Shown piece by piece: positions 56,034 through 64,000 of a stretch of DNA of 64,000 nucleotides. The stretch comes from Octopus vulgaris (taxonomy: Eukaryota): NCBI GenBank assembly GCA_951406725.2, contig OX597820.1, positions 74,090,001-74,154,000 of the forward strand. Direction: 5' to 3'. Position numbers and translations under genes: made by a program. How positions within the stretch are numbered: the first letter of the stretch is position 1; each line of letters starts with the position of its first letter. The notes beneath the pieces are model-generated. The model had not been told where the DNA came from. It saw only the letters and a list, made by a program, of their open reading frames with translations, and did not search any database.

Positions 56034-56578
56034 CAGTACCAGGCAGTGGCTCTCATGGCTTCTGATCTTAACTGATTGGAAGTGTTATCATGTACATTGT
56101 TTTGTCTTGGTATAAAAGATGGGCTACAGCAAATATTCTGCTCAATACCACAGATTTGCTTGTCAGTTGTTTGACTTTAACCAGTTGAGCATGTCCCTTA
56201 GTGACTGACGATATGTGCATCTCTGATCACGAGCAGAAGTAGTGGGGGAGCATCATAGCCATGTGTTGAGAGGAATTCTTTGGGGTTTGAATAATTCACC
56301 TCTGGAAACATGGGTGGTTGTTTCAACATCCTTAAACAACCCTTATTCAGGGACCTTTTGAGCGGGATGGGCTACTCAACCTGAAGAAAATTCTAACTGG
56401 GCACCACCTGCAAGGTCATGTGCTGTTTATCTTGATATGAGATCACCATGTCGCGCACATATGGTTGTGATGCATGTGCCTGGTGTACCTTTATCAGACG
56501 GGTAGTCATGATGGGTATATTGGGCTTCGTATATTTTACCCCAGTGTCATTTTGATGGCATGAACTGCTCTCTCACTC
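56031..56578 (+). mobile_element. ~550-bp non-coding element inserted in (AAT)n
   Basis: A highly similar copy lies at 57557-58105. Both are flanked by (AAT)n and have no long ORF. Confidence 0.85.
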
Positions 56579-57377
56579 AATAATAATAATAACAACAACA
56601 ACAACAACAATAATCCTTTCTACTAAAGGCACAAGGCCTGAAATTTTGGGGGAGAGAACTCGTCGATTACACCAACCCCAGTGTTTTACAGATACTTTAT
56701 TTATCGACTGCCAAAAGGATGAACGGCAAAGTCGACCTCGGCGGAATTTATACTCAGAACGTGCACACGATCCTGCCAGCTCAACACCTTATAAATAGAC
56801 AAAATAAAAATGCGTAGTGTTTTTTTTATATATAAATATTATCGTATTTTATATTATCCTGCTGTGAACTTCCCATTAAATTTTAACTAGAATTACTGAA
56901 GAACGCGAGGCCTCATTCAATAAAATTATATTTAGGTTCATTTTACGACTGGGTATGAAAAACAAAATATATTAGAACAAAGAACAACAATTTAAAACCT
57001 AAATAAAACCTAAATAAAATACAGTTAGGTGTATTACTTGTATTAAAAGATGGCTGAAAATAAAAGTCAGAGTAATCAAACAATGCATTTATACATAAAT
57101 AATTTCTCTATTATGTCCATTCAAAAAGTTGTTTTGACTAATTTCGGTCAAAAAGACTTAAAATGAAAACGCTGGAGCTTGGCAGACGATCTGTCATGTG
57201 TCTGTTAACTAATTACATCGTAATATCTTGCTCATATTCTAAACTCGATGATAATTTCTATATTTAACAGATGAGGAACTATGTACGTTATTTACATTAT
57301 TTACATTATTTACATTTGACGGATATTTTTCCTCATCTTGTTTGTTGTCAACACAACGTTTCGGCTGATATACCCAC

Positions 57378-57450
57378 GGGCATATGGCGTAGTGGTTAAG
57401 AGCGCGGTCTACTAACCCCAATATTCCGAGTTCGATTCCAAGCAGTGACC
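57378..57450 (+). other. tRNA-derived Pol III head (pseudo-tRNA)
   Basis: A box TGGCGTAGTGG, B box GAGTTCGATTCC and anticodon-like loop CTACTAA. Acceptor and T stems pair poorly. Confidence 0.75.
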
Positions 57451-57479
57451 TGAATAATAATAATAATGATAATAATAAC

Positions 57480-57541
<62 letters not shown>

Positions 57542-57556
57542 TGATAATGATAATAA

Positions 57557-58105
57557 ATGCCCTGATGCAATACCAGGCAGTGGCTCTCGTGGCTTCTGAT
57601 CTTAATTGATTGGAAGTGTTATCACGTACATTGTTTTGTCTTGGTATAAAAGATGGGCTACAGCAAATATTCTGCTCAATACCACAGATTTGCTTGTCAG
57701 TTGTTTGACCTTAACCAGTTGAGCATGTCCCTTAGTGGCTGACAATCTCTGATCACGAGCAGAAGTAGTGGGGGAGCATCATAGCCATGTGTTGAGAGGG
57801 ATTCTTTGGGGTTTGAAAAATTCACCTCTGGAAACATGGGTGGTTTTTTTCAACATCCTTAAACAACCCTTACTCAGGGACCTTTTGAGCGGGATGGGCT
57901 ACACAACAAGAAGATAATTCTAACTGGGCACCACCTGCAAGGTCATGCGCTGTTTATCTTGATATGAGATGACCATATCGCGCACATATGGTTGTGATGC
58001 ATGTGCCTGGTGTACCCTTATCAGACGGGTAGTAATGAAGGGTATACTAGGCTTCGTATATTTTATCCCAGTATCACTTTGATGACATGCACTGTTCTCC
58101 CACTC
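57557..58105 (+). mobile_element. ~550-bp (AAT)n-targeting element, nested in the tRNA-hammerhead element
   Basis: Homologous to 56031-56578, with the same 3' end ...CACTC(AAT)n. Confidence 0.85.
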
Positions 58106-58181
<76 letters not shown>

Positions 58182-58227
58182 TCGAAAAATACTTCAGGAA
58201 TGAGAACCCAGGTTTGGAATTTCTCCA

Positions 58228-58274
58228 AGACCCCTGATGAAGGCTGGAGGGTATATCAGCCGAAACGTTGTGTT
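58228..58274 (+). ncRNA. Minimal type I hammerhead (intact core)
   Basis: AGACCC-CTGATGA-A-GGCTG-gagggtatat-CAGCC-GAAA-CG-TT-GTGTT. Stem III is the palindrome ACGT and stem I has one mismatch. Confidence 0.78.
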
Positions 58275-59384
58275 AACAAACAAGATGAAGACAAATATCC
58301 GTCAAATGTAAATAATGTAAATAATGTCGATGATGATGTTTTGAAAATGTGTTAATAAGAATTATGTCTAGCTTAATTTTTTTTTATTTCTAAGAAATAT
58401 TATGGCCCTTCTGATCATTCAGTAACCCTTACAACGTCTCCATGACATGTTACTCCTTTGTAAGCTCGCTATAACCATAAGAAGGTGCTACTCCGCCAGT
58501 TAAAAACCATTACATTGGATAAAAAAGATTATCTAAAAATAACTACATGGATACGTGGTATACCCTGGTGGTCAGTTATTGAAAGGGAGATAATCATTTC
58601 TAGTTAAATATTGATTGGGTTAGAAGTTTGAATTTAAATCGAAGAGGAAGGAAGAAGATGTAGAGAATACATACGTTTAATTTGTTTTTCTTACTCATTA
58701 CAAAGACCTTAAAGTTTCTAGCTATAGATAACTATGTACAGTACCATTTCATTCTTATTAGAAATCGTTTACATGACATAAACCGAGGTAAATGAATTAA
58801 GCTAAATTAAACATTTTATAAAGCGAGACATTTCTTATAGATTGAAAATAATCACAGTTTAGAAGACATTCATAGAATGTTTGTTTTTCTTCTTTTTTTT
58901 TCATAAATCATTTGTATTTCAGCCGTTGAAAGAAATGAGAAAGTTCCTACCTACATAACAAAATAAAATATGATCTAAATATTAGTAGGATATAATTTTC
59001 GTTTGAAAATAATTAAGTTATTAATTTTCATTCGTTATTCATTAATTTCCTTGGCTCCATGTGGTGCAAAGAGTACCAACAATAGATCTCTATCTGTTGC
59101 CATCAGTGGGATCCAATTGAGGTTGTCCCCAGGTGTAGCATCCTATCAGTGATTCAGTTTCTGTAGACTTTCTCAGTGTTGTTTTTGGTCTGCTGCGCTT
59201 CCGTCTCCATTGGAGGCTTTTCTTTGTAATTCTGGAAATAGGTTTCCATATGTTCTGTCTTAGCCAACCCCATTTATTCTTTTTGATCTTCTTTTTTTTT
59301 TTTTGATAATTTACTATTTGGCCTGTTCCCACAAGGTTTTGTTCGTAAGTCTTTTTTTTTTTACTATCTTACCCAAAGGATGTT

Positions 59385-59423
<39 letters not shown>

Positions 59424-59833
59424 GAGAGAGAGAGAGAGAGAGAGTGAAAGAGAAAGAGTTATTCCGAAACGTTTGAAGCTTGTCGATGGACAACTTTGTG
59501 AATCGCTATATTTATTTTACACGCGTACAGAAGAATCGTCCTCATGTTCGTCCTGGGTTTCTTGCTTGTTGACTAAGTCTGAGATCACTTGACGGGTCTG
59601 AGCATCTCGAAGGCAATCGTAACTTCCCAAGCTTTGTTTTGACATCCTGGCCTATTTCATTTTCTTACTACCGACGTTTCCCAAAGATGTGAAATGATTG
59701 ACATCTTCGATTTCCCCTCAATATACTTTAACAATCCTCTACAATTTTCCTCATCCCACGTTTTCTTATTCCCTTTCCTTCTAATATTTCACCTTTTCAT
59801 ATAATCTATTTCCGTTCCCATCATACATACATA

Positions 59834-60330
<497 letters not shown>

Positions 60331-60391
60331 AAAAGAGTATACATAAGTACGTACATACATACATACATACATGTGTGCTCATGTTTGTATC

Positions 60392-60428
<37 letters not shown>

Positions 60429-60961
60429 GTACAAATATACCTATACATATGTAATACTTCACTACTTACACAAACACATACACCACACACGCACGCGCAC
60501 CACATACATTTACATACCCGTGCGTTCAAACATAGGTACACACGTTCTCCATTATACGTATGCTTAACGCGGTGCTCCAGCATTGCAGCTGTCAAATGAC
60601 TGAAACAAGTAAAAGAATAAAAGAATAAAAGAATAAGTGGATAAATAAATAAATATATTTTATAAATATGTTACAATTCGCGGCTTTGATAAACCTACAT
60701 TTAGCTTAGCTACGTAAGCATCCATTCGCTTTAGCCAGCGCACAGGCCCATAAATTAAACAATGGTTTTGTATCTGATGATTACAATATGTCTATCTCAG
60801 CAATTTAGCTGCGTAATATGCGCTGTAAACAAATGTACTCATAGACGAGGGGTCAGCGAACTGGGGTAAATTACCTCAAGTGGAGATAATGAGGACTCAT
60901 TAGACATAAGTAAAATTATATATATAAAAAAAAACATGTTCCTTGTTACGAAACTCTTTTA

Positions 60962-61164
60962 CTCTTTTACTTGTTTCAGTCATTTGACTGCGGCCATGCT
61001 GGAGGACCACCTTTAGTCGAGCAATTCCACCCCAGGACTTATTCTTTGTAAGCCTAGTACTTATTCTATCGGTCTCTTTTGCCGAACCACTAAGTTACGG
61101 GAACGCAAACACACCAGCATCGGTTGTCAAGCGATGTTGGGGGAAAGAAACACAGAAACACACA

Positions 61165-61230
<66 letters not shown>

Positions 61231-61246
61231 CATATATATATGTGTG

Positions 61247-61322
<76 letters not shown>

Positions 61323-61487
61323 TACGACGGGCTTCTTTCAGTTTCCGTCTACCAAATCCGCTCACAAGGTTTTGGTTGGTACGAAGCTATAGTAGAAGAC
61401 ACTTGCCCAAGGTGCCGCGCAGTGTGACTGAACCCAAAACCACGAGGTTGGTAAGCAAGCTACTTACCACATACCCACTCCTGCGCC
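60962..61487 (-). mobile_element. SINE family A
   Basis: Reverse complement of family A. Confidence 0.88.
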
Positions 61488-61552
61488 GAAATCTTTCTTC
61501 TGACAACACTGCCTCTGTCTAATGTAATTGAGTGTAAATTAATTCATATAAA

Positions 61553-62100
61553 TAGGCGTAGGAGTGGCTGTGTGGTAAGAAGCTTACTTACGAACCACGT
61601 GGTTCCGGGTTCAGTCCCACTGCGTGGCACCTTGAGCAAGTGTCTTCTACTATAGCCTCGGGTTGACCAAAGCCTTGTGAGTGGATTTTGTACACGGAAA
61701 CTGAAAGAAGCCCGTCGTATATATGTGTATATAGATAAGAAATTAAAAAAGGAAAATACGCACACTTACATAGTTTTAATATATCAACCGGTTTCGCTAT
61801 CGCTATTCATGATATTATGTTTTACTTATTTGAATATATATTTTTTCTTAAGAAGAAATGTGGTCCATGTTGTGTGTGATGAAATTCACGAGTGAATGAC
61901 TTCACAAGTAGATAAAAACATCGCTTGACAACCGATATTGGTGTGTTTGTGTCCCCGTAACTTAGCGGTTCGGCAAAAGAGACCGATATAATAAGTACTA
62001 GGCTTACAAAGAATAAGTCCTGGGGATCGATTTGCTCGAATGAAGGCGGTGCTCCAGCATGGCTGCAGTCGCATGACTGAAACAAGTAAAAGAGTAAAAC
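61553..62100 (+). mobile_element. SINE family A interrupted by a ~180-bp insert
   Basis: 5' half ends in TA repeats at ~61733 and the 3' half resumes at CATCGCTTGACAACC ~61919. Confidence 0.82.
61781..61815 (-). ncRNA. Minimal hammerhead-like motif (variant core ATGAATA)
   Basis: Minus strand ATATC-ATGAATA-GC-gata-GC-GAAA-CCGG-TT-GATAT. Confidence 0.5.
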
Positions 62101-64000
62101 GAGTAAATAAATTCAATAAAACAGATTCAATATACATTTTGAATTCAAAGAATTTTTTCTTCCTTTCAAATCAGGGTAGGGCGGGGGGTAACGTCGGCGT
62201 AAATGAATGTATTTTGGAGTAATTGGTTGGAAAAGTTCACCGAACCCCTGTCACAGACAAATTCGTAGAACTAAACCGTGTTACTTTAAGCGTTCTTCAT
62301 GAGAACCTGCCGATAATTTATTCCGTGTAGAAAAGGCGGCGAAGACACTCCCAATGAACCGACAAAAATCAAGGAAAACGAGTGAAACTGCCATTCGCCT
62401 TATTCTACAGAAAGAAAAGAAGAACAAACGAAGGAGTAAGAGAAAGAGAGAGAAAGAATGAAAGAGAATGCGTTCTAGTTAAACCATTTGGACCGTCATG
62501 CTAAATGGCATGTAAACTTAATGGCAATTAATCCAGACATATACACACGAATATACATACACGCGCGCATGCTATAACAGTTGTTTATATGTGTGTGTGT
62601 GCGTCTATGTAAGAAATTATTTGTAAGAAATTATATGTACACACACATACACACACACATACACATATACATCAATACATGCATACATAAACACACACAC
62701 TTGCATAAACATATATACATGTAAGTGTGTGGATGTATATGTGCATACACACATATATATATGCATGTGTATGCGTATATGTGTATGTATATATATTGCA
62801 CACACACACACACACACAATGAAACACACACACGCATATATCTACATACAAACATACACACAGGAACACAAATAAACAATTACACACACAAACGCACACT
62901 TATGTGTTTGTGTGTTAATAGATTAGACCCCTAAACCCCCCCTCTACCCCCTCATACTGACAAACAGTCACACTCCAACTTACTTAAAGCCCCCACTCCC
63001 CATACCCCCTCACCCCACCATTCTCCATCCCTACAACTTTATCATCGTATCAACAGCACACACACCATATAAAGAGATTTCAGCCAACAGAAAAGGGCGC
63101 GTGCTCATCGTAAGCTTTTTTCCAAGTTTTTTCTATTGAAACGAGGCTTACACCTATTGTATATTCTGCGAGCGGATGTATAGCTTTCATATCAGCACCA
63201 CTGAAGTAAATAAACACGGTTGGCAATGAATTTCCACGTTTACAATTGTTATTATTATTATTATTTCATTTATTTAATTTTTTTTTCTTTATATATTCCT
63301 TACCTAAGCTCAAAATGTTAAGCTTAATATGTCATGTGACTGATATGTACCGAGTGACGCATTTGTATTAATCCACCGTTAATCCATTTGACCGCTTGAA
63401 AAATGAAGGATTTTTCATAGATGTAAAATGGAAAAAAAAAAGAAAATGCATGATATTGGGGGACACCATGTGGGGGAGGATTGTGATTAAGAATACCTAG
63501 ATCGGCATCTGTTCGCCACTCGCATCTAGCTTTCCTTCCTTCCTTCCTTCCTTCCTTCGTAATCCATTCATTCTATTAATCCTTTCCTTCATTTATGTCC
63601 TCTTTTGTTCTGTCTATTGTTCTTTCTGCCTTTCTTCCTTTCTTCTACTTTGCTTTTCTTTCTTTCCTTCATTCATGCTTTCTTTCTTTCTTTCTTTCTT
63701 CTCTTTTTCCTTTAGTGGGTTCTGTTTTGTAGTATTTTGTTGTTCATCGTCGATAGCTGGTCTTTTCCGGAAAACTTTCAGGTTGGAGTCCACGAATAAT
63801 TTCCAGAAATCCCTAGCCTGGCAGTGCTACCGTGTGGCATTGCCGGTTCGGGACAAATTCTACAGGCACGATAGCGCCTGCCTGAGATGGGCGTAGAGAG
63901 ACGAAATTGCCGAAGGACTGATATCTTCCTCTCCAGCCAAGCCCTCATCAGATTTTCAAAATTCCATTTGAAAAGAGTGGTTTGAGAGGGATATCCTGTA

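Larger units (their letters stand above)
57258..58327 (+). mobile_element. tRNA-headed, hammerhead-containing element with inverted termini
   Basis: Inverted arms 57294-57375 / 58249-58327, tRNA-like head 57378-57450, and hammerhead 58228-58274. Confidence 0.75.

Noticed and set aside
57378-57450. Functional tRNA gene
   Set aside because: Acceptor, anticodon and T stems do not pair properly, and it is embedded in a repeat.

Overview
Repeat-rich animal genomic DNA. The SINE families and microsatellite load suggest a coleoid cephalopod such as Octopus (inference). One host gene is visible: the last four coding exons (1-329, 5676-6294, 15471-15859, 19487-20168, + strand, all splice phases compatible) of a protein made of leucine-rich repeats, an LRRCT cap, a linker and a trypsin-fold domain lacking all three catalytic residues. 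The rest is mobile DNA: three tRNA-derived SINE families, RLE-type LINEs targeting (AAT)n, a decayed L1/Tx1-like LINE, Tc1/mariner and hAT remnants, and a non-autonomous Helitron. A 5'-truncated Penelope-like (Naiad-type) element is present as a ~3.6 kb near-perfect palindrome. About ten hammerhead-ribozyme (HHR) motifs lie in small, often inverted-repeat, non-autonomous elements. One of these joins a tRNA-derived Pol III head to a hammerhead and Penelope-style inverted termini. All alignments and RNA folds were done by eye, and repeat boundaries are approximate.
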